Origin: Mobula hypostoma
Taxonomy: Eukaryota
Length of the DNA stretch: 64,000 nucleotides
Direction: 5' to 3'
Assembly (NCBI RefSeq): GCF_963921235.1
Contig: NC_086109.1
Location: forward strand, 30,692,001-30,756,000
This document shows positions 36,590-49,128 of this stretch, piece by piece; within the stretch, counting starts at the first letter, position 1; each line of letters begins with the position of its first letter. The position numbers were made by a program, and so were the translations under genes. The notes below the pieces were generated by a model that saw nothing but the letters and a program-made list of their open reading frames with translations, ran no database searches and was not told the origin of the DNA.

Positions 36590-37797
36590 ACTGCAATGAC
36601 ATAGCAAAGCCAGCAGCCAATCTGAAAACAGGAAGATCCATCTTGCCCCCACCCTAAACAGCAATACAAATTGATGAAGATAGAGTGGTGAATGCAGTAT
36701 ATAAGTATGAATTTAGTAAAGTGCTGATCCAGAAATTCATCAGGCACAGGATCCATGGAAACTTGGCTGATGGATATAGAATCAGCATGCTCACTGAAGG
36801 TAGATTATGGTTATAGATGAAGCATATTCTGCCTGGACGTCCTTGATTAATGGTGTTCCACAGGGATCTGTTCCTGGTTTCCAGCTCTTTGTGATTTTTA
36901 TAAGGAACCTGAATAAGTAAGGTTAAAAGTGATGTGGAAGGTTTAGAAGGTTGTCAAAGGTTAAAACAGGATATGAACAGGATGCAAAGTTGGGTGGAGA
37001 AGAGGTAGAAGGAGTTTAATCCAGGAAAGTGTGAAGTCATACAATACATTTTGGAAGATCAAGCTTCAAGATGGAATACAAGGTCAGTGGCAGGATTCTT
37101 AGCAGTGCAGAGAGACAGCGAGATCTTGGGCTGCAAGTCCATAGATTTCTTAAAGTTGCCATGCAAGTTGAGAGGGTGGTTAAGAGGGCGTATATTGTAC
37201 TGGGGAACACACACGCACATACAAAATGCTGGAGAAACTCAGCAGGTCAAGCAGTGTCTATGGAGAGGAATAAACAGTCAATGTTTCAGGCTAAGACCCT
37301 TTTTTTGGCCCAAAATTTCAACTGTTCATTTCTCTTCATAGACACTGCATGACCTGCTAAGCTCCCCCAGCATTTTGAGTGTGTTGCTCTAGATTTCAGG
37401 CATCTACGGGATCTCTTGTGTGTGGGGTGTACTGGCCTTCATTAGTCAGGGGATTCAATTCAAGAACCGTGTGGTAATGTTGCTGATCTACAAAACTCTG
37501 CTTAGCCGTTACCTGTATCGCGTTCAGTTCTGGTTGACTCACTCAGATGCTGCCTGATTCGAGAACATTTCTCATGAGAGAGTTTGGTGCCTGGAATGTA
37601 CTGCCAGCGAGAAGGTAGAAGCTGATACAATAGGGGTATTTTATACAGTCTTTAACACAGGCATATGGATGTAAGAAAAATAAAAGGTTATGATCTGCAT
37701 AGGGGCAAGAGTTTGATTGATCATAGAGTAGGTTTATATTGGTTGGCATAACACTGAGGGCCAAAGGGCCTGTGCTGTGCTCTATTGTTCTATGTTC
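36590..37797 (+). mobile_element. Degenerate CR1 RT/3' end with nested fold-back Penelope-type insert (37204-37427)
   Basis: GGTGTTCCACAGGGATCTGTT (GVPQGSV), RQRDLGLQVH, GGGCCAAAGGGCCTGT tail; insert flanked by TGTACTGG at 37196-37203 and 37428-37435. Confidence 0.85.
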
Positions 37798-38564
37798 TCA
37801 GAAAGCAGGACAGTCTATATTGTTGTTTGATGAGAAAATATCGGGCAGTAAAGAAATTCCCCTTCGGTTGTTTGAAACAGTTTTATATCCACCTGAAGAA
37901 TACAGGTGGGACCTTCATTCAAATCCAAATCTCATTCAAAACTTTGAATTCCACTAACACAACGCTCTCTCTGGGATCTGAAGCCACAATCTTCTGTAAG
38001 GAACAAGCATGCTGTCAGATGAGCCAAAGCTGAAATCGGAAAATAACATGACTTCCTACACATAATCTTTGTCCCTGTGGCTGAGTTTAAAGCCTCTGAA
38101 AGACACGCTCCACTGTCTGCCCGCTTTCCCACAAATCACATGCGAATATTCACGCTCCTAATGGGATAAAAATAAGCTCCATGAAACTGGAATGTTCAGT
38201 GATTCAGATTGTCTGCCTGATCTGTCTGCTTAATGAAGTCTCCTGAAGTTGGATTTCATATTTAGATTTTTTTTGAATATGTTAAATTGCTTATATTCCA
38301 CTAAACTTGCTTTAGAAAATATTCAGGCTGTCTCAACATTACATTTACTTAAATGGAGTGAAGTTTGGTGACAGTTACAACATGCCTCTATCTCTGCATA
38401 GCTATCTTAGTACCACAGTAACCAGGGAGGAACCTCTAGACATTTGTGTTCACAAGACTGAGTTCATTACCGCAACATTCAAGTTCAATAATAAAGGGGA
38501 GGATCAAGCATACGCCTCCTCCTAACAGGATTCAGGTTTACTCTATTAGGATGATAGAGATCTA

Positions 38565-38839
38565 ACAGAACATCGAACGTAGAATAGTACAGCATAGTAC
38601 AGGCCCTTCGGCCCACAATGTTGTGCCGACCCTTAAACCCTGCCTTCCATATAACCCCCCACCTTAAATTCCTCCATATACCTGTCTAGTAGTCTCTTAA
38701 ATTTCACTAGTGTATCTGCCTCCACCAGTGACTCAGGCCGTGTATTCCATGCACCAACCACTCTCTGAGGCAAAAACCTTCCTCTAATATCCCCCTTGAA
38801 ATTCCCACCCCTTACCTTAAAGCCATGTCCTATTGTATC
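38565..38839 (-). mobile_element. CR1 3' end (continues 41487-41602, split by a younger CR1)
   Basis: GHGFKVRGG..QRVVGAWN; the continuation reads SLERRRMRGDMIEVYKI..LFPRAPLL. Confidence 0.88.
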
Positions 38840-41486
38840 GAAACATAGAAACATAAAAACACAGAAAATAGGTGCAGGAGTAGGCCATTCGGCCCTTCGA
38901 GCCTGCACTGCCATTCAGTATGATTATGGCTGATCATCCAACTCAGAACCCTGTACCTGCTTTCTCTCCATACCCCCTGATCCCTTTAGCCACAAGGGCT
39001 ATATCTAACTCCCTCTTAAATATAGCCAATGAACTGGCCTCAACTGTTTCCTGTGGCAGAGAATTCCACAGATTCACCACTCTCTGTGTGAAGAAGTTTT
39101 TCCTCATCTCGGTCCTAAAAGGCTTCCCCTTTATCCCTAATCTGTGACCCCTCGTTCTGGTCTTCCCCAACATCGGGAACAATCTTCCTGCACCTAGCCT
39201 GTCCAATCCCTTTAGAATTTTATACGTTTCAATCAGATCCCCCCTCAATCTTCTAAATTCCAGCAAGTATAAGCCTAGTCGATCCAGTCTTACATCATAT
39301 GAAAGTCCTGTCATCCCAGGAATCAATCTGGTGAACCTTCTTTGTACTCCCTCTATGGCAAGAATGTCTTTCCTCAGATTAGGGGACCAAAACTGCACAC
39401 AATACTCCAGGTGTGGTCTCACCAAGGCCTGGTACAACTGCAGTAGTACCTCCCTGCTCCTGTACTCCAATCCTCTTGCTATGAATGCCAGCATACCATT
39501 CACCTTTTTCACCGCCTGCTGTACCTGCATGCCCACTTTCAATGATTGGTGTACAATGACACCCAGGTCTCGTTGCACCTCCCCTTTTCCTAATCGGCCA
39601 CCATTCAGATAATAATTTGTTTTCCTGTTTTTGCCTCCAAAGTGGATAACCTCACACTTATCCACATTAAATTGCATCTGCCATGAATTTGTCCACTCAC
39701 CTAACCTATCCAAGTCACCCTGCATTCTCTTAGCATTTTCCTCACAGCTAACACTGCCGCCCAGCTTCGTGTCATCTGCAAACTTGGAGATGCTGCATTT
39801 AATTCCCTCGTCTAAGTCATTAATATATATTGTAAACAACTGGGGTCACAGCACTGAGCCTTGAGGTACCCCACTAGTCACTGCCTGCCATTCTGAAAAG
39901 GTCCCGTTTATTCCCACTCTTTGCTTCCTGTCTGCCAACCAATTCTCTATCCACATCAATACCATACCCCCAATACCGTGTGCTTTAAGTTTGCACACTA
40001 ATCTCCTGTGTGGGACCTTGTCAAAAGCCTTTTGAAAATCCAAATATACCACATCCGCTGGTTCTCCCCCATCCACTCTACTAGTTACATCCTCAGAAAA
40101 TTCTATGAGATTCATCAGACATGATTTTCCTTTCACAAATCCATGCTGACTTTGTCCGATCATTTCACTGCTTTCCAAATGTGCTGTTATCACATCTTTG
40201 ATAACTGACTCTAGCATTTTCTCCACTACCGATGTCAGGCTAACTGGTCTATAATTCTCCGGTTTCTCTCTTACTCCTTTTTTAAAAAGAGGGGTTACAT
40301 TAACCACTCTCCTATCCTCAGGAACTAATCCAGAATCTAAAGCGTTTTGAAGAATTATCACTAATGCATCCACTATTTCTTGGGCTACTTCCTTAAGCAC
40401 TCTTGGATGCAGTTCATCTGGCCCTGGGGATTTATCGGCCTTTAATCCCTTCAATTTACCTAACACCATTTCCCTCAGTTCCTCCATCTCACGAGACCCT
40501 CGGTCACCTACTATTTCCAGAAGATTATTTCTGTCCATCTTAGTGAAGATAGAACCAAAGTAGTTATTCAATTGGTCTGCCATGTCCTTGTTCCCCATGA
40601 TCAATTCAGCTGTTTCTGACTGTAAGGGACCTACATTTGTCTTAACCAATCTTTTTCTTTTCACATATCTATAAAAGCTTTTACAGTCAGTTTTTATGTT
40701 CCCTGCCAGTTTTCTCTCATAATCTTTTTTCCCTTTCCTAATTACACCCTTTGTCCTCCTCTGCTGGACTCTGAATTTCTCCCAGTCCTCAGGTGTGTCG
40801 CTTTTTCTGGCTAATTTGTATGTTTCTTCTTTGGAATTGATACTATCCCTAATTTCCCTTGTCAGCCACAGGTGCACTACCTTCCCTGGTTTATTCTTTT
40901 TCCAAACTGGGATGAACAATTGTTGTAGTTCATCCATGCGATCTTTAAATGCCTGCCATTGCATATCCACCGTCAACCCTTTAAGTATCATTTGCCAGTC
41001 TATCTTAGCTAATTCACGTCTCATACCTTCAAAGTTACCCTTCTTTAAGTTCAGAACCTTTGCTTCTGAATTAACTATGTCATTCTCCATCTTAATGAAG
41101 AATTCCACCATATTATGGTCACTCTTACCCAAGGGGCCTCTCACGACGATTGCTAATTAACCCTTCCTCATTGCTCAATACCCAGTCTAGAATGGCCCGC
41201 TCTCTAGTTGGTTCCCCGACATGTTGGTTCAGAAAACCATCCTGCATACGTTTCAAGAAATCCTCTTCCTCATCACTCTTACCAATTTGGTTCACCCAAT
41301 CTATATGTAGATTGAAGTCACCCATTATAACTGCTGTTCCTTTATTGCACACATTTCTAATTTCCTGTTTAGTGCCATCCCCAACCTCACTACTACTGTT
41401 AGGCGGCCTGTACATAACTCCCACCAGCGTTTTCTGCCCCTTAGTGTTATACAGCTCTACCCATATCGATTCCACATCCTCCCGAC
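38840..41486 (-). mobile_element. Young 5'-truncated CR1 LINE with nearly intact ORF2
   Basis: YRPPNS, MGDFN, SDHN (AP endonuclease); DFQKAFDKV, GVPQGSVL, FADD (RT); TRGH; (GTTTCTAT)n tail. Confidence 0.97.
38943..41475 (-). pseudogene. CR1 ORF2 (endonuclease-RT) with one frameshift (near 41145) and one in-frame TGA (39846-39848)
   Basis: Three consecutive ORF-track segments of 116, 432 and 298 aa; GSVL*PQLF where GSVLGPQLF is expected. Confidence 0.92.
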
Positions 41487-43116
41487 ATTGAGCAGTGGTG
41501 CCCTGGGGAAGAGGCGCTGGCTGACAACTCTATCTATTCCTCTTAATATCTTGTAGACCTCTATCATGTCTCCTCTCATCCTCCTTCTCTCCAAAGAGTA
41601 ATGATTTTCATTTCTGTCTCTCTTGCCTTGTTGGATAATCTGACAGTGTGATACACTCTCCTTACTTAGAGCCACCTCAGCTCCACCTCCTGAAGCTTGA
41701 GAACTTTCTACAAAGGACCACTCAGATCCACCAGATGCTCATGTGGGGAATTAAAAACTCTATCCCTGTGTGTATTTTCACTTCAAGGCTTTGATTTGAA
41801 TTAACTAAAATAATGATTATCTCCTGTCTGATGACTAATGAAGTGCACACATAGAATCTGACCTTGATTCTAAAGGATACAAGTTCCCAGTAGAAAGTTG
41901 TCCTTTAATTGGTGTTAATTGGGCAATCTCAAAAAGATCAAACAAGATGGTGGTAACCAGAGCAGAAGAATTTCAAATTTATAAAAGGGTCTTATATCTC
42001 TTGCCGTTGGTTCAAAGAAAGATGTTACGAAGTTATTTGTGTTGTAACTCTCAATTTCTCTTGCTTGGTCAATGTGCAGGAAAATAGCAGAATTTTAGTG
42101 AGTTATATCACAATGTCTCATCAAGTGCAAAAGGTAGGAAAGTTGCTCTATGCCTTTATCAAATGATTTTTGCAAGCTTCAAAAGAAGTTTTCATAGGCA
42201 TTTTTATGTCCTAATCAATGTCCCTATAAATTTAGAAGTTAGCAAAATGAAAATATCATTTCCAAAACATTAACAGTGGAAGATGTGTAATTATATGTAG
42301 ATTATATGTAGTGAATGAAGTGAAATTTGAATTGCTCAGTCTAGATTCAAATCCATGCTTTATAACTGCGAACAGCAATTCCACAATATCGATATGGAAG
42401 TATTATACACCTAGTCATAAAGCTTTGTTCAAGGCTACAGTATAAACATGCGACAGCTCAGCCAGTACATGTCTAGAAATTAAATTATGTAATGTTGTTT
42501 ATTTTGGTGCTCCACAACTGAGGCGTCATTAGCAAGAAGTGAAATGTGATGGCTGTTTTTTCCCATGTCGTTCTGCATTACACTGATATGAGTCACACTT
42601 GTGTGCCAACTCATTTTCTGCATCGACATCCATCAACTGTTTTTTTTTCATTTTTCCCCATGCAGTATTCCTCACAGAGTGCAGCAGGTAAAATTATACC
42701 ATGTTCTCCCAGGGTAGTCATCACTTGGGACTGCATGGAGAGTTGTCTTTACAGTGCGAAGGTAAAAAAAAATTCAACAACCATCTCTCAAATGTTTGCT
42801 TCAAAACAAGGCAAAGATAAATTGTACAAAAAATAAAATGTGCCTATACACAAGTTAAATGATGAATTTTGTGACTTGAATTCTCAAGTGAACTGTCCAT
42901 GTTAAGTCCATTCTTGTGTTCATTATGTTTCACACTGGCTTCGGTATCAGTGATGTTGAAATAGGAATTCAAGAGGCATTGCCCAGATGGTAAAGTGGAG
43001 TCCCAGTAACCACTGGACTTATTTTATATCAGCACTGGGGAAAATTCAAGGTAATAAGGACACAAGAGTTTCTGCAGATCCTGGAAATCTTGAGCAACAC
43101 ACAAAATGTTGGAGGA

Positions 43117-43374
43117 GCACACATCAAAGTTGCTGGTGAACGCAGCAGGCCAAGCAGCATCTGTAGGAAGAGGTGCAGTCGACGTTTCAGGCCGAGACCC
43201 TTCGTCAGGACTAACTGAAGGAAGAGTGAGGAAGAGGGAAATCCCTTGGGTCTCAGCCTGAAACGTCGACTGCCCCTCTTCCTACAGATGCTGCTTGGCC
43301 TGCTGCGTTCACCAGCAACTTTGATGTGTGTTGCTTGAATTTCCAGCATCTGCAGAATTCCTGTTGTTTGCGTT
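43117..43374. mobile_element. Young fold-back hammerhead mini-element, perfect 14-bp TSD
   Basis: TSD AAAATGTTGGAGGA at 43103-43116 and 43375-43388; left arm nearly identical to 21600-21713; right arm is its inverse. Confidence 0.92.
43176..43213 (-). ncRNA. Minimal type I hammerhead ribozyme motif, intact core
   Basis: Minus strand: TAGTC-CTGACGA-AGGGTCTCGGCCT-GAAA-CGTC-GACTG. Confidence 0.82.
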
Positions 43375-44442
43375 AAAATGTTGGAGGAACTCAGCAAGTC
43401 CATTGTCCTCACTATAGACAGAAATAAACAGGTGGTCTTTTAGGCTGAGATCCTGCATCAGGACTGGAAAGGAAGGGGGCAAGAGCCAGTATAAACTGGG
43501 GGGAGTGGAAGGTGTACAAGCTGGTAGGTGATAGGTAAAACTTGGTGAGGGGGAAGGTGGGTTGGGGAGGAGGATGACCAAAGTAACCAGGAGGTGGTGT
43601 TGAAAGAGATGAAGGGCTAAAGAGCAAGGAATCTGATAGGAGAGGACGGTGGACTATAGAAGAAAGGGAAGGAGAATGGGCACCAGAGTGAGATGATAGG
43701 CAGATCAGAGGAGAAAGGGTGAGTGGGGAATCTGTCCTCTCCTGTCAGTAAGGTTCATTTTTTGAGTGGTTCATGACAAGCATCCTTTGTGATAGTTCAG
43801 AAATAGCCACCTAAAGTATGACTAGAATAGTCTCTATCAGTTGTTCTGTAAATGACAAGTATTCTGATGTGTTTTATGATATGGAAACCAAGATTTACAC
43901 TTCATTTCTTCAAAACAAATCAGTACTCATCTCGAACTGTTGAATAAAACAAGCTTTCAATTGGAATAATCAGTTTTGAGCATTTTCCTAGATGTCATTT
44001 GTTCTCAAAATAAATTCTGCGGAGAGTAAGTATTTCAGGTATACTGTATACATTCTCTGATATTAAATGAAACTATTGAACCACTGAAATCTTGATGGAG
44101 TTAAAGATTGTCTGAGAGGACTAAGATAATATAAAAAGTGCACTTTGATGCTAAAAAGTAGAGGTGTAGTAGAGAGAAGGAAGTGTGCCTTTTCTGCATA
44201 AACAATTAATTAACCTTAGCTTTTAGTGGAGCACAAGATCAGATTATTAATAGGGGTAGCAATTCGGACCAACCTGATGGAAGTTAATGCAAAATAAGGG
44301 CTCCTCAGCTAATGTGGACATTTCCTTTTCTTTCTAAGCAGAGCACTGGAACCTCTACGTGAGTTGCTAGATCATGCGGGAAAGTGGAAAAAGGCAAAGA
44401 AAAACTGTAAGCCACATTCTGAGAGTCAAATCAGTTGTTTCC

Positions 44443-44915
44443 GTAAGACCATAAGATATAGGAGCAGAAGTAGGCCATTCAGCCCATCGAGTCGGCTCCA
44501 CCATTCAATCATGGGCTGATCCAATTCTTCCAGCCATCCCCACTCCTCTACTTTCACCCCATATCCTTTGACACCCTGGCTAATCACGAACCTATCTATC
44601 TCTGCCTTAAATATACCCAACAACTTGGCCTCCACAGGTGCTCATAGCAACAAATTCCACAGACTTACCACCCTCTGACTAAAGTAATTTCTCCACAACT
44701 CAGTTCTAAAAGGACGTCCTTCAATCCTGAAGTCATGCCCTCTTGCCCTAGAATACCCTACCATGGGAAATAACTTTGCCATATCTAATCTGTACAGGCC
44801 TTTTAACATTCAGAATGTTTCTATGAGAACCCCCTCATTCTCCTGAACTCCAGGGAATACAGCCCAAGAGCTGCCAGATGTTCTTCATACGCTAACCCCT
44901 TCACTTCTGGAATCA
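44443..44915 (-). mobile_element. CR1 3' fragment
   Basis: LGIFKAEIDRFVISQGVKGYG; GGGCTGAATGGCCT hairpin; (CTTATGGT) tail. Confidence 0.9.
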
Positions 44916-45029
44916 TTTTCTCATTGTTCATTGGCCCATCTGATGGAAAACAACATGCCTATCGATACTGATCTTACTTTCCTATATTTGTCCCATATAT
45001 CTATCTTTCTTTCCTCTCCATGCATCTTC

Positions 45030-45660
45030 CAAGTCGGGTCAATTTTATTATCATCTTACTATATACATGTATATCGTCAAATGAGACAACGTTTCTCCGA
45101 GCGAGGGTGTAAAGTATAGTATTACATATAACACACAATAACTTATAAGAGTAAGGATAAAATCTACAATGAGTTATGCTTAAGTAAATAAAGAAAAGTG
45201 TATAAATTAACTATTGTCAGGTATAGAACAAATTAATCTGTGACACTTCGAATGTGTTGCAGCAGAGAGTTTAGAAATCTGATGGCCTGAAGGAAGAAAT
45301 TGTTTTCCATTCTGAGCATTCTTGTTTTTATGCATTGGAGTCTCTTGCCTGATGGCAAAAAGTCAAAGAGGATGCTGGATGGATGGGTGGGATTCTTGAT
45401 AGTACTAAAGGCCCTGCATACACAGCACTCCTGATAAATGTCCCTGAGGGATGATAGGGAGACCCCTATGATCCTCTCAGCTGTTCTCACAGTCCTTTGT
45501 AGGGACTTCCAGTCCAATGCTCGGCTGCTCCCATATCAGATGCAGATGTACCTTGTCAGGACACTCTCAATGGTGCTCCTGTAAAATTAATTTAAGATGG
45601 GTTGTGGAGGGTGCTTTCCTTGCATCAATCTCCTTTGGAAGTAGAGACACTGTTGTGTCT
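45030..45660 (-). mobile_element. Rex1/Babar LINE 3' fragment
   Basis: KSLQRTVRTAERIIG..LPSGKRLQCIKTR..NNFFLQAIR. Confidence 0.85.
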
Positions 45661-46824
45661 CCATGCATAAAGCAATCAACCAAAGCATTGATATGTGAAA
45701 CCATCTAGCAACTGATTGTGGACCCAAGGATGGATTATGCTGGTTAGATTATTATTGTCACTATATATATATAATTCCACATTTAATATTTAATACACTC
45801 CAAATGAAAAAATTTGACCTGCCTGGTGGTTTTCTCATTTGTTGTTAGTCAACTATTCCTCTCCCCAAGCTTTAAACCTCACCTTTCATTAGCAAATTTA
45901 TATCAATCTCATTCTGTAGTCGAAGTTTTCAGAAGCAGATCCATGACCAAAGCTGTCACTGACACACTGCTAACACAACCAACAGGATATACAGAATGGG
46001 TATACAACAAATACCCATTCTGGTGCATTTAAAATGCCTAGGTCACAGTGTAATGAGGTGCCTTAATCAAACCTGAAAGAAAGGTTGGCACATTAATAAT
46101 GTTGATTGTTTCAATGATCAACAGAATAATTAACAAAATTAGATAAAATTAGTTTTTAAATGGCCTGTGATTACGTAAGTTTGTTTACATCTAACCTTCT
46201 AAACAGTAAAATCTCTGACTTGCTTTGAAAGTCCAAATGATCTAAAATTTGATACCTAGTGGGTAATGAAAAACAAATTTAAAAAAAAGCTTTTAAAAGA
46301 GAATTATATATGTACTGCAATGCTGGAAAGTCAGATTATTTTGCACTGTTGCAATGGACCGAATGGCCTCGTCGTTTGGTATAGGATACTATGACTATTA
46401 AAAGCAAACTTCAAAGTTTATGGTGATAATATCTATGGCAAGCTACACTTCAATCAATGTTTAGTGTTTTTTTTGTGACCCCAGAATATTACATTTCTAC
46501 AAAAGAGTGTAAAGATTAGTAGTAGATTGTATTAAGTTAGCTATTGACTGTATTTTGCATTAATTCACTTCACAGAATAAAATATTTTAATAAGTGCAAC
46601 CAGAAAAAGTTTCTCATTGCTGATCAATAGCTTCAAAATATTAGCACCAATTTCATAGGATCAAGTTGTTTATAGATATCTTCCATATTCTTTTGGGATT
46701 CAAATGATTTCCTACAATTCATGAAAATAAATATTTTGTATTGGAACATGGTGAATGTGTCTGCTGGTAGCACGGTATTCAACTGGAAGCCAAATCTTTG
46801 TGGTCACGTTGGAAAAAGAATTGG

Positions 46825-47000
46825 AATCAAATTGCTGGAGACACACAGTTGATCTAGCAGCATCTGTAGAAAGAGAAACAGGCCCAGAATCCTTCATTCT
46901 GACCTAAAATTTAATTGTCTTTCTTTTGAAGGATTTTGCCTAAATGCTGAGAATTTCCAGCATTTTCTATTTTAATTGCAGATTTCTGTCATCTGCATTT
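46825..47000. mobile_element. Old fold-back Penelope-type remnant
   Basis: TGCTGGAGACACACAG..GCAGCATCTGTAGAAAGAGAAAC then inverse GCTGAGAATTTCCAGCATTTTC. Confidence 0.55.
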
Positions 47001-47046
47001 TGAAATTTTCATTTGCTTCTGTTTACAGGATAGTTACGCTTGATTA

Positions 47047-47428
47047 GAGGTGGCATGATAGCATAGTGGTTAGCGTGACACAACTACAGCTCCAGTAATC
47101 CGGGATCAATTCCCGCCACTGTGCATAAGGAGCTTGTATATTCTCTTCATGACCATGTGTGTTCAAGGGTTTAAGGGGAATTAAGGGTTATGGGGAAAAG
47201 GCAGGTAAGTGGAGATGAGTCCATGGCCAGATCAGCCATGATCTGATTGAATGGCGGAGCAGGCTCAACGGGCCAGATAACCTACTTCTGCTCCTATTTC
47301 TTAGGTTCTTATGTTTCCTCCAGGTACTCCGGGTAGTAGTAGTCATATGGATGTCTGAGCCAGGCTCATTGGACCAGAAAAGCCTGTTACCATGCTGTAT
47401 CTCTAAATAAAACAAAAATAAAAAAAAT
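47047..47428 (+). mobile_element. V-SINE (CR1-type tail) interrupted by a short CR1 3' end (47163-47312)
   Basis: A-box TAGCATAGTGG, B-box-like GGGATCAATTCCCGCC; V-domain split at GTGTGTT|TTTCCTCCAGGTACTCCGG; tail CATGCTGTATCTCTAAATAAAA. Confidence 0.8.
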
Positions 47429-47964
47429 ATTTTCCATGCATTCAGCCATGTCAGCGGCTTTGGTCAACAGGTTTTCACTCTGGTATACCAGCTCAATACA
47501 CTGAAAGCTGAAGTGAAACTAGAATCATAACGAGAAGACCAAAATGATCCAAAATTCAATACCCTAAAAATGGTGAGGCAGATTTGACAGAAACTTGCAA
47601 AACAAAACTACATTTGCACTTGAATGGCTGGGAAGGGGACTGTGCCAAATGGCCTCATATTTTGATGTATTATTTAATGATTTCTATAAGCAAGCATTTT
47701 TTGGCAAAATCAGTAGCAAGCCATACTTAAACTAATATTTTGTTAACATATCTATATTTTTTGTTGTTCCAGAACATTAAATTACTGTAAAGTATTTGTG
47801 GATCACTAAAATAACCACCAGCCAATCACAGAGTCTTCAGCAGCCTGAAGAATCAACACACCAATGTCTCTTGTTTGTGATTGGTATAAGTACAAGACAA
47901 GTTTATTTGTTGAGCAGGTAAACATAGACTCAAATCAGTACGATCATGCATCTTGTGAGGTTGG

Positions 47965-48612
47965 GGAGCAGGCCGGTGTGAAACTGTATAGGTTCTGTCT
48001 GCAGTATTGCATAAAGTTCCGGTCACTCCACTGTAGAAAGGCTGTTGAGGCTTTGGAGACGGTGCAGAAACGTTTTACCAGGATGCTGACTGGACAAACT
48101 TGTGTTGTTTTGTCTGGAGCGACGGAGGCTGAGGGGAGAACTGAGGGATTTACAAGATTATGAGAGGCATAGATGGAGTGGACAGGGAGTATCTTTTTCC
48201 CAGGGCAGAAATGCCTAATACTAGAGAGCGTGCATTATAAGTGGGAGGGGATGCGAGCGGTAAGTTTTTTACTCAGAGAGTGGTGGATGCCTGGAATGCG
48301 CTGCCTAGTGCTAGAGGCACTCTTCCTTCAGTTAGTCCTGACGAAGGGTCTCGGCCTGAAACGTCGACTGCGCCTCTTCCTATAGATGCTGCTTGGCCTG
48401 CTGCGTTCACCAGCAACTTTGATGTGTGTTGCCTGAGGCTTTTAAGAGCCATTTAGACGGGCACATGAATATAAGGAAGATGGAAAAATATAGACATTGT
48501 TTAGGTAGGCAGGGTTAGTTTTAGGTGTTTTTTGATTTACTTTTTGGCAGGTACAGCACAACATTGTGGGCCGAAGGGACTGTTTCTGAGCCGTATGGTT
48601 CCATGTTCTATT
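47965..48612 (+). mobile_element. CR1 3' fragment with nested hammerhead mini-element (48319-48432)
   Basis: RKAVEALETVQKRFTRML; KFFTQRVVDAWNALP; GGGCCGAAGGGACTG tail. Confidence 0.85.
48333..48370 (+). ncRNA. Minimal type I hammerhead ribozyme motif, intact core
   Basis: TAGTC(48333-37)-CTGACGA(48338-44)-AGGGTCTCGGCCT-GAAA(48358-61)-CGTC-GACTG; predicted cleavage after C48365. Confidence 0.82.
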
Positions 48613-48952
48613 CCAGTTAAGATGACTGACTGGGATCTTGGCTATTATGGGAATTTTGACGTCCCAGGGATCATGGATATCAAAGGTAATGTTTGGAATG
48701 GAGTGGGCTGAGCTATAGTTATATCAATGAAAATTGTCAGATCAGGATGTTGGCTTCAACCTTCAATTTTTGTGTTTCATTTAAGTGGATAATAGAATGG
48801 CAGCAAGCCCACTCCCCTCCTGACAGCTACAGTCAAGCAAGGACAGGCCTTGATAGAAGGTAATTTCATGTATACCAGTTTAAAGCAGAAATGCCTCTCA
48901 AGTATCTCATTTGGAATGCTCTAATGGAACAGTGCAACCGAAATGATTAAGA

Positions 48953-49128
48953 TTCCTCTCCCCTCTCCCTCTTCCCCCTCCATCTTTATCCTCCACTTCC
49001 TCACCCATTTCCCCCTCCCTCTCCCCCTCTCCCTCTCCCTCTCCCTCCCCCTCCCCCTCCCTCTTTCCCTCTCACTCCCTCTTCTCCCTCTCTCTCTCTC
49101 CTCTCTGTCTCCCTCATGCTCCTTCCCT
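48953..49128. repeat. Polypyrimidine low-complexity tract ((CCCTCT)/(CCCCT)n)
   Basis: About 175 bp composed almost entirely of C/T. Confidence 0.9.

Larger units (their letters stand above)
43058..43735 (-). mobile_element. Older Penelope-type terminal repeat/3' UTR hosting a young fold-back insert
   Basis: GCAGATCCTGGAAATCTTGAGCAACACACAAAATGTTGGAGGA | ACTCAGC..GCATCAGGACTGGAAAGG plus a purine-rich tract like 21700-21990. Confidence 0.8.
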
